Shown here: positions 10,336-20,164 of the stretch, piece after piece
Layout of the letters: each line of letters opens with the position of its first letter
Position numbering within the stretch: the stretch's first letter is position 1
DNA from: Acidimicrobiales bacterium
GTDB lineage: Bacteria; Actinomycetota; Acidimicrobiia; Acidimicrobiales; AC-14
Assembly (NCBI GenBank): GCA_036260295.1
Contig: DATAAD010000082.1
Span: 9,965-73,964 of the forward strand
Reading direction: 5' to 3'
Length of the DNA: 64,000 nucleotides
The notes under the pieces: model-generated
The model's database searches: none
What the model was told of the DNA's origin: nothing
What the model saw: only the letters and a program-made list of their open reading frames with translations
Program-made: the position numbers and the translations under genes

Positions 10336-10369
10336 AGTGGCATGTTATGCTCCCCTCAGTCCACAGTGG
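10329..10369. promoter_or_regulatory. two copies of AGTCCACAGTGG (palindromic core CCAC-N-GTGG) in the padR/membrane-protein divergent region; candidate PadR operator
   Basis: Exact 12-nt direct repeat at 10329-10340 and 10358-10369. Each copy contains the inverted repeat CCACaGTGG. Confidence 0.45.
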
Positions 10370-10382
10370 AAGGTAGTCGCCC

Positions 10383-10841
10383 ATGCTGCGAACCCTGCTC
10401 CTCTCCGTCCACGTCGGTGCCGGGGTCGCCGGGCTCCTCGCCGGGCCGCCGGCCATGGCCGCCGCCCTCGAGGGCCGGCGGGGGACGACGGCCGGCCGCG
10501 TCTACCTGGCCGCCGTCACCCTGCTGACGGCGACCGCCGCCGGGCTCGTGGCCCTCCGGCCCGCCGCCCTGTGGCCGTTCCTGCTCCTCGCCGTCGGAAC
10601 CGAGGCGGCCATCGTGGGCGCCGGCCGCGTCCGCCCGCACGCCCGCCACGTCCGGCTGGTCTGCGGGTCCTACGTGTCGCTGGTGACCGCGCTGCTGGTC
10701 GTCAGCTGGGGGTCGGTCCTGGCCTGGGTCCTGCCGACCGTGGTCGGCACCGTCCTGGTCGAGCGGGCCGCGTCCTCTACCCGCCTCCCACGACCCGCTC
10801 GAAGATCTTCTCGTAGCCCCGCACCATCACCTCTGCCGTGA
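10383..10841 (+). CDS. small integral membrane protein (about 4 TM segments)
   Basis: Hydrophobic throughout (LLLSVHVGAGVAGLLAG..., LLTATAAGLVAL..., LLLAVGTEAAIVGAG..., LVTALLVVSWGSVLAWVL). Divergent from padR. Confidence 0.55.
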   Translation: MLRTLLLSVHVGAGVAGLLAGPPAMAAALEGRRGTTAGRVYLAAVTLLTATAAGLVALRPAALWPFLLLAVGTEAAIVGAGRVRPHARHVRLVCGSYVSLVTALLVVSWGSVLAWVLPTVVGTVLVERAASSTRLPRPARRSSRSPAPSPLP

Positions 10842-11805
10842 AGTTGTCGGCCACGCGGGCCCGGCAGGCGGCGGGAGAGATCTCCCCCAGGCGGGCCACG
10901 CACGCCACCATCTCGTCCACGTCCTCCCGGAGGAACCCGGTCTCCCCGTCCACCACCAGCTCCGGGGCCGCCCCCATCGGAGGGACGATCACCGGAGTCC
11001 CGCAGGCCATGGACTCGGTCATCACCAAACCGAACGGCTCGGGCCACTGGATGGTGCACAGCGTGCCCTGGGCCCGGGAGAGGAGGTCGACCTTCTCGTC
11101 GTGGGAGACATCGAGGACGATCTCCTCGTCGCCGGTGAGCCTGGGCTCGACCATGCGCTCCCAGTACTGGACCTCCGCCGGCTCCGACCGCTTCACGACC
11201 ATCTTCAGGTGCTTCCCGGCCCGCTTGGCCACGTCGACCGCCACCTCGGGCCCCTTCTCGGGGTTGCAGCGGCCGAGGAAGAGCAGGAAGTCCTCCTTCT
11301 CCTCCCGGTAGGGATAGGCGTCGATGTCCAGCCCGTTGTAGACGACGCCCTCGTACCTCAGCTCGTCGTTGAAGCCGGCCTGGGACTGGCTGATGGCGAC
11401 CAGGTGGACCCGGTCGGCGAGGGCGGCGTGGAAGCGGCGGGCCTCGTCACTCCAGGGCCCGTGCAGGGTGCGGACGACGGGCGGTCTCCCGTTGAGCAGG
11501 GCGCCGAAGGCGGGGCCGAAGCCGGAGTGGTCGTGGATGACGTCGAAGTCCGAGGCCTGAAGGTACGACGTGAGCGTGTGGATGATGTCGTCGGTGACGC
11601 TGAGCCCCATGTCGGCCAGGTCGGGCGTCTCCTCGAGGGGAGTCACCAGCTTCCCTTTGGTCTTCGAGCCGCCGCTGGCGAAGAGGGTGACGTCGTGACC
11701 CCGGTCGACCAGCCCGTCGGCGATCAGGCTCACCATCAACTCGATGCCGCCGTAGCTGGGAGGGGGGACGCTCACCCATACCGGGGCGATCTCGGCGATG
11801 CGCAA
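10777..11805 (-). CDS. glycosyltransferase, GT-B fold (GT4-like)
   Basis: N-terminal GGIELMV and C-terminal EPFGLVMTESMACGTPVIV (E-x7-E type motif). Confidence 0.8.
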   Translation of the reverse strand: MRIAEIAPVWVSVPPPSYGGIELMVSLIADGLVDRGHDVTLFASGGSKTKGKLVTPLEETPDLADMGLSVTDDIIHTLTSYLQASDFDVIHDHSGFGPAFGALLNGRPPVVRTLHGPWSDEARRFHAALADRVHLVAISQSQAGFNDELRYEGVVYNGLDIDAYPYREEKEDFLLFLGRCNPEKGPEVAVDVAKRAGKHLKMVVKRSEPAEVQYWERMVEPRLTGDEEIVLDVSHDEKVDLLSRAQGTLCTIQWPEPFGLVMTESMACGTPVIVPPMGAAPELVVDGETGFLREDVDEMVACVARLGEISPAACRARVADNFTAEVMVRGYEKIFERVVGGG

Positions 11806-11838
11806 AGCTCAGCCTCCTGTTAGACCGTTCGGTAGGTC

Positions 11839-13872
11839 CTACCCCCCGGGCGGCCCCGGCATCCCGAGCTGCCAGAGGACGAAGGCCCACGTGTCGGCGG
11901 CCTCGTCGGCCTGCTTCCACGCCGGCTTGCCCACGCCGTGGCCGGCGCGGGTCTCGATCCTGACCAGCACCGGCCGCTCCTCGGGCGTCGCCGTCGCCGC
12001 CTGCAGCCGGGCGGCGAACTTCCGGGCGTGGAGCGGATCCACTCTGGAGTCCGACTCGGCCGTGGTGACGAGGGTGGCGGGGTACGCCGTCCCGTCCACC
12101 ACGTGGTGGTAGGGCGAGTAGGCGGCCAGCACGCGGAACTGCTCGGGGTCCTCCGGGTCGCCGTACTCCGGGATCCACAGGGCGCCGATGAGAAAGCGGT
12201 GGTACCGGAGCATGTCCAGCAGGGGGACGGCGCACAGCGCCGCCCGGCATAGATCCGGCCGCTGGGTGATCGCCGCCCCGACCAGCAGGCCCCCGTTTGA
12301 GCCGCCGCGGATGGCCAGCCGGTCGTGGGTGGTCCGGCCCTCGGTTACCAGCCAGTCGGCGGCGGCGTGGAAGTCGTCGAAGCACTGCTGCTTGCCGGCC
12401 AGCATCCCGGCCCGGTGCCAGTCCTCCCCGTACTCGCCGCCGCCCCGGATGCCGGCCACCGCCCACACGCCGCCGGCCTCGCAGAACGCCACCGTCCCCA
12501 CCGAGTAGCCGGGTGTGCTGGAGATGGCGAACCCGCCGTAGGCGGTAAGCAGCGTGGGCGTGTCCGGCGAGGGCACGGTCCCCGTCGACCGCACCAGGAA
12601 CATGGGGACGTCGGCCCCGTCGGTCGAGGGGAAGAAGACCTGCTCCACGACGAAGGCGTCGGCATCCACCGACGACGGGAAGTGGGTCCACGACTCGGCC
12701 GCGTCGCCGTCGGAGGTCCAGCGCCACAGGCTCGACGGGCGGGCGAAGGACGTGAAGGTGAAGAAGGCCCGCTCGGCCGCGTGGTCGGCGTCGAGCCCGC
12801 CGATCGACCCCAGCTCAGGCAGGACGACCTCCCGGCGGTCACCGCCGTCCAGCCCGTAGTGGTGCAGCCGGGAGACGGCGTGCTCGGCCGAGGCCACCAC
12901 CAATCGTCCGCCGGCGACCACGGCGGCGTCGACGACGGCGGAGCTCTCGGGGACGATCGTCGTCCAGTGGTCGGCCTCCGGCCGGGCCAGGTCGGCCGAG
13001 ACCACCCGCCCCCGTGGCGCTCCCAGGTTGGTGACCGCGAACAGCCGGTCGCCCACCACCTGGCACCACGTGGTGGCCTCCTCCCCCTCCACCAGGACCC
13101 GGCGAAGGCCGGTCTCGCGCTCGAGGAGGACGACGTCGGTCCGGGTCGGCATGTAGGTGACGTGGAAGACCAGCCACCGGCCGTCGGGCGAGATCGTCGC
13201 CGCGGGCAGGGCCGTCTTGTCGAGGTCGCCGAGAAGGAGCTGGTCACCGGCCGGGTCGTCGCCCAGGCGGTGCCACCACACCGTCTCCCAGTACCCCTCC
13301 TCCCCGGGAGGGACGGTGGCGGGGTCGGGCAGGCGGCTGTAGGCGAAGGCCGAGCCGTCGCCCAGCCAGGCCAGGGAGGGGTGGCGGATGTGGGGGATGG
13401 CGTCGCCCAGGTGGTCGCCGGTGTCGGCGTCGACCACCCGTAGCGTGCCGTGCTCGCGGCCGCCCTCGGAGACGCCGTAAGCCACCAGCCGGCCGTCGGG
13501 CGAGGGCGAGAACCAGTCGATCGACGCCGCGTGGTCGGCGGCCATGCCGTGGGGGTCGACGACCACCCGAGCCGCGGCCTCGGGGTCGACCGCGGAGCGG
13601 ACGACGAGCACGGCCTGGTCCTGGTCGCCCTCCCGCTCGAGCGTGAACACACGGTCGCCCGCCACATGAGGGGTGCCCACCATCCCCACCTGGAGCAGCG
13701 AGAGCAGCCGCTTGTGGAGCGCGGGACGGGCGGGCAGGGCGTCGAGGACGGCCCGGGTCCGGGCGTTCTGGGCCTCGACCCACGCCCGCGTCTCCTCCGA
13801 GTCGCCGTCCTCGAGCCAGCGGTAGGGGTCGTGCACCTCGGTGCCGTGCAGCACCTCGACCACGTCTCGCAC
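11839..13872 (-). CDS. prolyl oligopeptidase (S9A family serine peptidase)
   Basis: N-terminal DPYRWLED, beta-propeller region and catalytic GGSNGGLLVGA. Start placed at the GTG at 13872, because the longer track ORF overlaps the divergent GNAT gene. Confidence 0.85.
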   Translation of the reverse strand: MRDVVEVLHGTEVHDPYRWLEDGDSEETRAWVEAQNARTRAVLDALPARPALHKRLLSLLQVGMVGTPHVAGDRVFTLEREGDQDQAVLVVRSAVDPEAAARVVVDPHGMAADHAASIDWFSPSPDGRLVAYGVSEGGREHGTLRVVDADTGDHLGDAIPHIRHPSLAWLGDGSAFAYSRLPDPATVPPGEEGYWETVWWHRLGDDPAGDQLLLGDLDKTALPAATISPDGRWLVFHVTYMPTRTDVVLLERETGLRRVLVEGEEATTWCQVVGDRLFAVTNLGAPRGRVVSADLARPEADHWTTIVPESSAVVDAAVVAGGRLVVASAEHAVSRLHHYGLDGGDRREVVLPELGSIGGLDADHAAERAFFTFTSFARPSSLWRWTSDGDAAESWTHFPSSVDADAFVVEQVFFPSTDGADVPMFLVRSTGTVPSPDTPTLLTAYGGFAISSTPGYSVGTVAFCEAGGVWAVAGIRGGGEYGEDWHRAGMLAGKQQCFDDFHAAADWLVTEGRTTHDRLAIRGGSNGGLLVGAAITQRPDLCRAALCAVPLLDMLRYHRFLIGALWIPEYGDPEDPEQFRVLAAYSPYHHVVDGTAYPATLVTTAESDSRVDPLHARKFAARLQAATATPEERPVLVRIETRAGHGVGKPAWKQADEAADTWAFVLWQLGMPGPPGG

Positions 13873-14008
13873 CGGCGTCGCCGGTGCCGGGGGAACGTTA
13901 ACGGCCGGCGTTGGGCCTCTTGCCGTGGTTGGCCTTCTTGCGCCGCTTCGTTCTCCGCTTGTTCGTCTTCTTCGACATGGTCGGAGCAGGTTAGTGCACC
14001 ATTCGCCC

Positions 14009-14485
14009 ATGCCCCTCCGACCGGTCGAGCCCGCCGACGAGCCCTTCGTGGCCTACACCCAGGAGCGGGAGGTCGCCGGCCCGTTCAACTGGTTCGAGGG
14101 GCCCGGCGAGGAGCGGGTGGCGACGGCTGCCGGGCGGATGGTCGTGACCCTCGACGACGGGACGCCGATCGGCGTGGTCAGCTGGCACGGTGTCGTCTAC
14201 GGGCCCAACCGGCGCAGCGTGGCCTGGAACGTCGGGATCACCATCGTGCCCGGGCACCGAGGCCGAGGGCACGGGGCGGCGGCCCAGCGCGAGCTGGTCG
14301 AGCACCTGTTCGCCACGACCGACGTCAACCGGGTGGAGGCCACGACCGACGTCGGCAACGTCGCCGAGCAGCGGGCCCTCGAGCGGGCCGGGTTCCGGCG
14401 GGAGGGCATCCTGCGCGGCGCCCAGTACCGGGACGGGCGCTGGCACGACGTCGTGCTCTACGCCCGGCTGAGAGGCGACGGCTAG
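14009..14485 (+). CDS. GNAT-family N-acetyltransferase
   Basis: Internal ATG at 14009 (MPLRPVEPADEPF...). Acetyl-CoA motif region HRGRGHGAAAQRELVEHLF and C-terminal NVAEQRALERAGFRREG. Confidence 0.75.
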   Translation: MPLRPVEPADEPFVAYTQEREVAGPFNWFEGPGEERVATAAGRMVVTLDDGTPIGVVSWHGVVYGPNRRSVAWNVGITIVPGHRGRGHGAAAQRELVEHLFATTDVNRVEATTDVGNVAEQRALERAGFRREGILRGAQYRDGRWHDVVLYARLRGDG

Positions 14486-15051
14486 CAGGCGATGTCGCCC
14501 ACGTCCGACGACTCGGTCTGGATCCAGATGCCGCACCGGGTGTAGTGGACGAACCGGAAGCCGAGGACCTCGGGCGGCCCCGTCTCGAGGTACTGCCTCC
14601 CGAACCGGATCGGCGTCTCACACTCGAACTGGTCGCAGTTGGCGTCGAACTCCCCGACGTACCCGCGTGTCGGGAGGGTGGGCACGAACTCACCGGTGAA
14701 GAGCAGCACGTTCTCGCCGACGACGTGGCCACGCAGGCCCTCCGGGACCGTCCCCGTGCCGGCCGGGCTGGGGCCGGCGAAGGTGGTGAAGGTCCCCGCC
14801 ACGTAGGAGATGGCGCAGAACGTGTCGGGCCCGAGCTGGTACAGCCGGAAGTGGCCTATCCCCGAGCTGAGCCCCACGACCCGCCCCTGGGAGTCGAGGA
14901 TCTGGTCGTCGGCGTAGCGGTAGTAGACGTCGACGAGCTTCGGCCCGGCCTGGCACGCCTCCCTCGGGGTCTGCCCTCCTGCCGCCGGCGCGAAGGCGCC
15001 CAGTACGGCGAGAAGCGCGACCACGGCCCCGGCCATCCGACGGACGATCAC
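14482..15051 (-). CDS. secreted Cys-containing protein, function unknown
   Basis: Signal-peptide-like N-terminus MIVRRMAGAVVALLAVLGAFAPAAG and several Cys residues. No recognisable domain. Confidence 0.55.
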   Translation of the reverse strand: MIVRRMAGAVVALLAVLGAFAPAAGGQTPREACQAGPKLVDVYYRYADDQILDSQGRVVGLSSGIGHFRLYQLGPDTFCAISYVAGTFTTFAGPSPAGTGTVPEGLRGHVVGENVLLFTGEFVPTLPTRGYVGEFDANCDQFECETPIRFGRQYLETGPPEVLGFRFVHYTRCGIWIQTESSDVGDIAC

Positions 15052-15132
15052 GAGCCACCCCCTCTGTCGAACGGATGCTAGGCCCGGGGCGGGGCCTCAG
15101 GGAACGACCCCGCCCCGGTTACCCTGGCCGTC

Positions 15133-16209
15133 ATGGAGCGTCTTGGCCTGGTCGGCCTCCCCAACTCGGGCAAGTCGTCCCTGTTCAACGCCGTCACCGG
15201 CGCCTCCGTGCCCGTGGCCGCCCACCCGTTCTCGACCACCGAGAGCCACGTGGGCATCGCCCACGTCCCCGACCCCCGCCTGCTGGCCCTGTCGGAGATG
15301 AGCAAGTCGAGGAAGACGGTCCCGGCGAGCGTGGAGTTCGTCGACATCGCCGGCCTGGTCGCCGGCTCGTCCACCGGCGAGGGGATGGGGAACCGGTTCC
15401 TGGCCGGCATCCGCGAGGTCGACGCCATCGTCATGGTCCTGCGGGCCTTCGTCGACGAGAACGTGGTGGGCGACCACGACCCCCTCGGCGACCTCCACAC
15501 CCTCGAGCTGGAGCTCGTGCTCGCCGACGTCGACTCTCTCGACGCCCAGATCGTCAAGCGCCGCAAGATGGCCCGCCACGACCCGTCGCTCAAGGCCGAG
15601 GTCGAGGCCATGGAGGCCGCCCTCGTCGCCCTGAACGAGGGCACGCCGATCTACCGGTCGAACCTGCCGGCCGAACAGCGCGCCGCCCTGCGGACGACGT
15701 TCCTGCTCACCAACAAGCCGGTCCTGGCCGTGGTCAACCTGGGCGAGGACCAGGTCGCCGACGCCGACGAGCTGACCAAGCCGGTCGCCGCCGAGCTCGG
15801 GGACGCGGCCGAGGTCCTGGGCGTGAGCGTGCAGCTGGAGTCGGAGGCCGCGTCGCTCGACGAGGCCGACCGGGCCGTGCTGCTGGAGGGCCTGGGCCTG
15901 GGCGAAGGGGCGCTCCCCCGGGTGATCCGGGCCGCCTACCAGCTCCTCGGGCGGCGGACGTTCCTGACCACCGGCGACAAGGAGTCGCGGGCGTGGACGT
16001 TCCGGGCCGGCGCCAAGGCGCCCGAGTGCGCGGGCGTCATCCACTCCGACCTCCAGCGGGGGTTCATCCGGGCCGAGGTCATCCGCTGGGACGAGCTCCT
16101 GTCATTGGGGTCGTGGCAGGCGGCCAAGGACGCCGGCCGGCTACGGGTCGAGGGAAAGGACTACGAGGTCGCCGACGGCGACGTCCTCGAGATCCGCTTC
16201 AACGTATGA
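15133..16209 (+). CDS. ychF: redox-regulated ATPase YchF
   Basis: G1 motif GLVGLPNSGKSSLFNA, G3 VDIAGLV and C-terminal TGS-like FIRAEV. Typical length of 358 aa. Confidence 0.9.
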   Translation: MERLGLVGLPNSGKSSLFNAVTGASVPVAAHPFSTTESHVGIAHVPDPRLLALSEMSKSRKTVPASVEFVDIAGLVAGSSTGEGMGNRFLAGIREVDAIVMVLRAFVDENVVGDHDPLGDLHTLELELVLADVDSLDAQIVKRRKMARHDPSLKAEVEAMEAALVALNEGTPIYRSNLPAEQRAALRTTFLLTNKPVLAVVNLGEDQVADADELTKPVAAELGDAAEVLGVSVQLESEAASLDEADRAVLLEGLGLGEGALPRVIRAAYQLLGRRTFLTTGDKESRAWTFRAGAKAPECAGVIHSDLQRGFIRAEVIRWDELLSLGSWQAAKDAGRLRVEGKDYEVADGDVLEIRFNV

Positions 16210-16315
16210 ACGAACGGAGGGCTCGGCCGGCGGGGCTTGCTCCCCCGCCGGCGGCAACGGCCTGCCTCGGCCGCGAACGAAGTGGCCGTGTCCGTAGGAC
16301 CGGGGTGCCCGTCGC

Positions 16316-16651
16316 ATGAAATCGGCGTGGTTGATGCGGGACGGCGAGGTGCTCGCCGCCCTGGAGATAACCGAGTCGCGACAGGAGCGCATGCAGGGGC
16401 TGCTCGACCGCGAGGGCATCGACGGGGCCATCCTCATCCGCCCGGCCCGGTCCGTGCACAGCGTCGGCATGCAGTTCCCCCTCGACGTGGCCGTGTGCGA
16501 CAAGGACCTCGTCGTCCTGCGCACCATCTGCCTCCGGCCCGGCCGCCTGACTCGCCCGTCCCTGAAGGGCCACTCCATCATCGAGGCCGAGAAGGGGGCC
16601 TTCGACCGGTGGAACCTGCGCCCGGGCGACCGGCTCGAGATCCGGGAGTGA
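16316..16651 (+). CDS. DUF192-like protein
   Basis: Pattern RMQGLLDR...GMQFPLDVAV...IIEAEKGAF resembles DUF192 family proteins. Confidence 0.6.
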   Translation: MKSAWLMRDGEVLAALEITESRQERMQGLLDREGIDGAILIRPARSVHSVGMQFPLDVAVCDKDLVVLRTICLRPGRLTRPSLKGHSIIEAEKGAFDRWNLRPGDRLEIRE

Positions 16652-16692
16652 GCGAGCCGCGCCGGCCGCGAGCGCAGCGACCAGGAGGGACA

Positions 16693-17523
16693 GTGAGCGG
16701 CCGGCTGGTCCTCGTCGGAACGCCGATCGGCAACCTCGGCGACCTGTCCCCCCGCGCCGTCGAGGCCCTGGCCGCGGCCGACACCATCGCCTGCGAGGAC
16801 AGCCGCCGCACCCGCGCCCTGCTGTCCCACCTCGGGATTCCCGGCGGGCGGCGGCTCCTCGCCGTGCACGACCACAACGAGGCCGCTGCCGTGGGCGACA
16901 TCCTGACCCGCCTCGACAAGGGCGAGCGGGTGGTCGTCGTCACCGACGCCGGGATGCCGGGGATCTCCGACCCGGGCGAGCGGTTGGTGGCCGCGGCCGC
17001 CGCCGCCGGCCACACCGTCGAGGTCGTCCCCGGGCCGTCCGCCCTCCTCGCCGCCCTCGTGGTGAGCGGGCTGCCGACGAGCCGGTTCGTGTTCGAGGGG
17101 TTCCTGCCCCGGAAGGGCTCGACCCGGGCCCAGCGGCTGGCCGAGCTGGCCGCCGAGCCCCGGACGGTGGTCCTCTTCGAGGCGCCCCACCGCGTCCGCC
17201 AGACCGTGGCCGACCTGGCCGCCGCGGCCGGAGGGCTGCGCCGGGTGGCCCTCGTCCGGGAGCTGACCAAGCTCTACGAGGAGGTGTGGCGGGGGACGCT
17301 GGAGGGAGCGGTGAAGCACCTGTCGGACCGGGAGCCGCGCGGCGAGTACGTCGTCGTCATGGACGGGGCCCCGCCTCCGCCCCCGGTCGGGGAGACCGAC
17401 GTGGAGGAGGCGCTGCGGGCCCGCCTCGACGCCGGCGCCGACAAGCGCTCCGCCATCGCCGAGGTGGCCTCCGACCTGGGCCTGCCCAAGCGCGTGGTCT
17501 ACGACGTCGCCTTGCGCCTGTAG
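16693..17523 (+). CDS. rsmI: 16S rRNA (cytidine1402-2'-O)-methyltransferase RsmI
   Basis: GTG at 16693 preceded by AGGAGGGA. LVLVGTPIGNLGDLSPRAVEALAAADTIACEDSRRT is the typical RsmI N-terminus. Confidence 0.85.
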   Translation: MSGRLVLVGTPIGNLGDLSPRAVEALAAADTIACEDSRRTRALLSHLGIPGGRRLLAVHDHNEAAAVGDILTRLDKGERVVVVTDAGMPGISDPGERLVAAAAAAGHTVEVVPGPSALLAALVVSGLPTSRFVFEGFLPRKGSTRAQRLAELAAEPRTVVLFEAPHRVRQTVADLAAAAGGLRRVALVRELTKLYEEVWRGTLEGAVKHLSDREPRGEYVVVMDGAPPPPPVGETDVEEALRARLDAGADKRSAIAEVASDLGLPKRVVYDVALRL

Positions 17524-17648
17524 CAGCGCAGCCCTCCCGTCGCTCGAGCGGAGGAACGCGGTCGACGTGCGGGGCGGGCCCCATTCCCGAGACGTTCGTC
17601 GGCAGATTCACGGAGGGGCACGGGCAACCGGTCGGTAACGTACGAGCC

Positions 17649-19148
17649 GTGACCCGGTTCTACGCGACGACGCCGATCTACTACGTGAACGACGCGCCGC
17701 ACATCGGCCACGCCTACACGACGGTCATCGGCGACGCCCTGTGCCGCTGGCACCGGCTTCTCGGCGAGGACGTCCTCTACCTCACCGGCACCGACGAGTA
17801 CGGGCTCAAGAACCAGCAGGCGGCCGAGGCCCAGGGCGTCCGTCCCCAGGAGCTGGCCGACCGCAACAGCAAGCGGTTCCGCGACGCGTGGGACCTGCTC
17901 GGCATCGCCTACGACGACTTCATCCGCACCACCGAGGACCGCCACCGCATCGCCGTCCAGAAGTTCCTCCAAGCCGTCTACGACAACGGCGACATCGAGC
18001 AGGACACCTACGAGGGCCTCTACTGCGTCGCCTGCGAGGCCTACTACACCGAGGACGAGCTGGTCGACGGGAACTGCCCGGTCCACGGCCGGCCGGTCCA
18101 GCGCATGCAGGAGACGAACTGGTTCTTCCGGCTGTCGCGCTACGAGCAGCGCCTGCTCGACTGGTACGAGGCCCACCCCGACGCGGTGATCCCGCCGACC
18201 CGCCGCAACGAGGTGCTCGGCTTCATCCGCCAGGGCCTCCAGGACATCTCCATCAGCCGCAGCTCCTTCGACTGGGGCGTGCCCCTGCCCTGGGACCCGG
18301 GCCACGTGGCCTGGGTGTGGTTCGACGCCCTCCCGAACTACATCACCGCCGCCGGGTACGGGTCGGACGACGAGGCGTTCGCCAAGTGGTGGCCGGCGGA
18401 CTACCACCTCATCGGCAAGGACATCATCCGCTTCCACGCCGTCTACTGGCCGGCGATGCTGCTGGCCGCCGGGCTCGAGCCGCCCCGGTGCGTGGCCGCC
18501 CACGGCTGGCTTCTCGTCAAGGGCGAGAAGATGAGCAAGACGCGGCTCAACCAGATCGCGCCCGCCCAGCTGGTCGACGAGTTCGGGGTGGACGCCGTGC
18601 GCTACCACTTCCTGCGGGAGGTCCCGTTCGGACCGGACGGCGACTTCTCCCACGAGGGAATGGTCTCCCGCTACAACGCCGACCTGGCCAACAACCTCGG
18701 CAACCTGCTCTCACGGGTGGCCACCGTGGTCGGCGGCAAGTGCGGCGGCACCGGCCCCCGTCCCCCGGAGGACAGCCCCCTGGCCGCGGTGGCCGAGCGG
18801 GTCTATTCGGACGCGGCCGCGGCGTGGGACCGGCTGTCCCCGTCCGACGCCCTCGAGGCGACCTGGCAGCTGATCCGGGAGGCCAACGCCCACCTCGAGG
18901 CCAACGAGCCCTGGAAGGGCGAGCCCGGCCCCGCGGTGGACGCCGTCCTCGGGTCGGCCGTCGAGGCCCTGCGCATCGTGGCCGTGCTGGCCTCGCCCGC
19001 CGTCCCCACGGCCGCGGCCGAGGTCTGGCGCCGGCTCGGTCTGGAGGGTTCGCCGGCCGACCAGCCCCTCCCGGCCGCCGCGGCATGGGGCGGCTACCCG
19101 GGCGGTCTCCCCGTGGAGAAGGGCAAGCCCCTGTTCCCCAGGAAGTAG
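17649..19148 (+). CDS. metG: methionine--tRNA ligase
   Basis: HIGH motif (APHIGHAYT), KMSKS motif (KMSKT) and a Cys-knuckle region (CVACEAYY...CPVHG). GTG start at 17649. Confidence 0.9.
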   Translation: MTRFYATTPIYYVNDAPHIGHAYTTVIGDALCRWHRLLGEDVLYLTGTDEYGLKNQQAAEAQGVRPQELADRNSKRFRDAWDLLGIAYDDFIRTTEDRHRIAVQKFLQAVYDNGDIEQDTYEGLYCVACEAYYTEDELVDGNCPVHGRPVQRMQETNWFFRLSRYEQRLLDWYEAHPDAVIPPTRRNEVLGFIRQGLQDISISRSSFDWGVPLPWDPGHVAWVWFDALPNYITAAGYGSDDEAFAKWWPADYHLIGKDIIRFHAVYWPAMLLAAGLEPPRCVAAHGWLLVKGEKMSKTRLNQIAPAQLVDEFGVDAVRYHFLREVPFGPDGDFSHEGMVSRYNADLANNLGNLLSRVATVVGGKCGGTGPRPPEDSPLAAVAERVYSDAAAAWDRLSPSDALEATWQLIREANAHLEANEPWKGEPGPAVDAVLGSAVEALRIVAVLASPAVPTAAAEVWRRLGLEGSPADQPLPAAAAWGGYPGGLPVEKGKPLFPRK

Positions 19149-19225
19149 GGCGGGCGCGCGCCAATCCCTCCCGGCGGCTGCCAACGTAGGTATCTACGGA
19201 AGCTCGTCAACGGGAGGACGACACC

Positions 19226-20164
19226 TTGCCTACGTCGCGTCATCGCCCACGCCCTGCGGTTCTTCGGCTGGTCGCCGCCCTCGTCGCCGCGGCCGCCATG
19301 TTCGCCGCCGCCCCGCCGGCATCGGCGGAGCCGTTCCCCGAGCACATCGACCTGCCGAACAACTGGCAGCCGGAGGGGATCGCCTCGGGCCGGGGGACGA
19401 TCGTGTACTCCGGCTCCCGGCTCACCGGCGACATCCTGGCCGTCGACGTCCGCACCGGGGAGCGGGAGCTCGTGGTGGACGCCCCCGAGGGCCGGACGGC
19501 CATCGGCATCGAGCAGGACCGCTACGGGCGGTTCTGGGTGGCCGGCGGTGCGACCGGCGACGTCTACGTCTACGACGAGGACGGCACACCGCTCGCGGCC
19601 TACGACTTCCGCGACGAAGCCACGTTCGTCAACGACGTGGTCGTCACCAGGGACGCGGCCTGGTTCACCGACTCCCAGCAGCCCGTCCTGTACAAGATCC
19701 CGATCGGGCGGGACGGCTCCCTCGGCGAGCCCGAGGTGGTCCCCCTGACCGGGGAGTACGTGCACCAGCCCGGCTTCAACCTCAACGGCATCGACGCCAC
19801 CGAGGAGGGTCGCTGGCTGTTCGCCGTCCAGTCGAACACGGGCAACGTCTACCGCATCGACCCTGACACGGGTGAGGCCGTCCTCGTCGACCTCGGCGGC
19901 GCGGAGATGACGAACGGCGACGGCATCTACGTGGAGGGCCGCCGGCTCTATGTCGTCCAGAACCGGCTCAACCAGGTGTCGGTGATCAGGCTCGACCGCA
20001 CCTACACCTCCGGCGAGGTGGTCGACGTGCTGACCTCGCCGGACTTCGACGTGCCCACGACCATCACCCGCTTCGGGAACCGCTTCTACCTGGTCAACGC
20101 CCGGTTCACCACGCCGCCGGGACCGGACACCGAGTACTGGATCACCGCCCTCGACCGCTCTTAG
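19226..20164 (+). CDS. secreted beta-propeller-like protein, function unknown
   Basis: Signal peptide (LRLVAALVAAAAMFAAAPPASA) followed by repeated blade-like segments reminiscent of SMP-30/gluconolactonase-type folds. Confidence 0.5.
   Translation: MPTSRHRPRPAVLRLVAALVAAAAMFAAAPPASAEPFPEHIDLPNNWQPEGIASGRGTIVYSGSRLTGDILAVDVRTGERELVVDAPEGRTAIGIEQDRYGRFWVAGGATGDVYVYDEDGTPLAAYDFRDEATFVNDVVVTRDAAWFTDSQQPVLYKIPIGRDGSLGEPEVVPLTGEYVHQPGFNLNGIDATEEGRWLFAVQSNTGNVYRIDPDTGEAVLVDLGGAEMTNGDGIYVEGRRLYVVQNRLNQVSVIRLDRTYTSGEVVDVLTSPDFDVPTTITRFGNRFYLVNARFTTPPGPDTEYWITALDRS

Noticed and set aside
17524-17648. Possible T-box or other leader upstream of metG.
   Set aside because: I could not identify a specifier loop, T-box consensus or terminator/antiterminator pair by eye. 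The 125-nt spacer is unremarkable.
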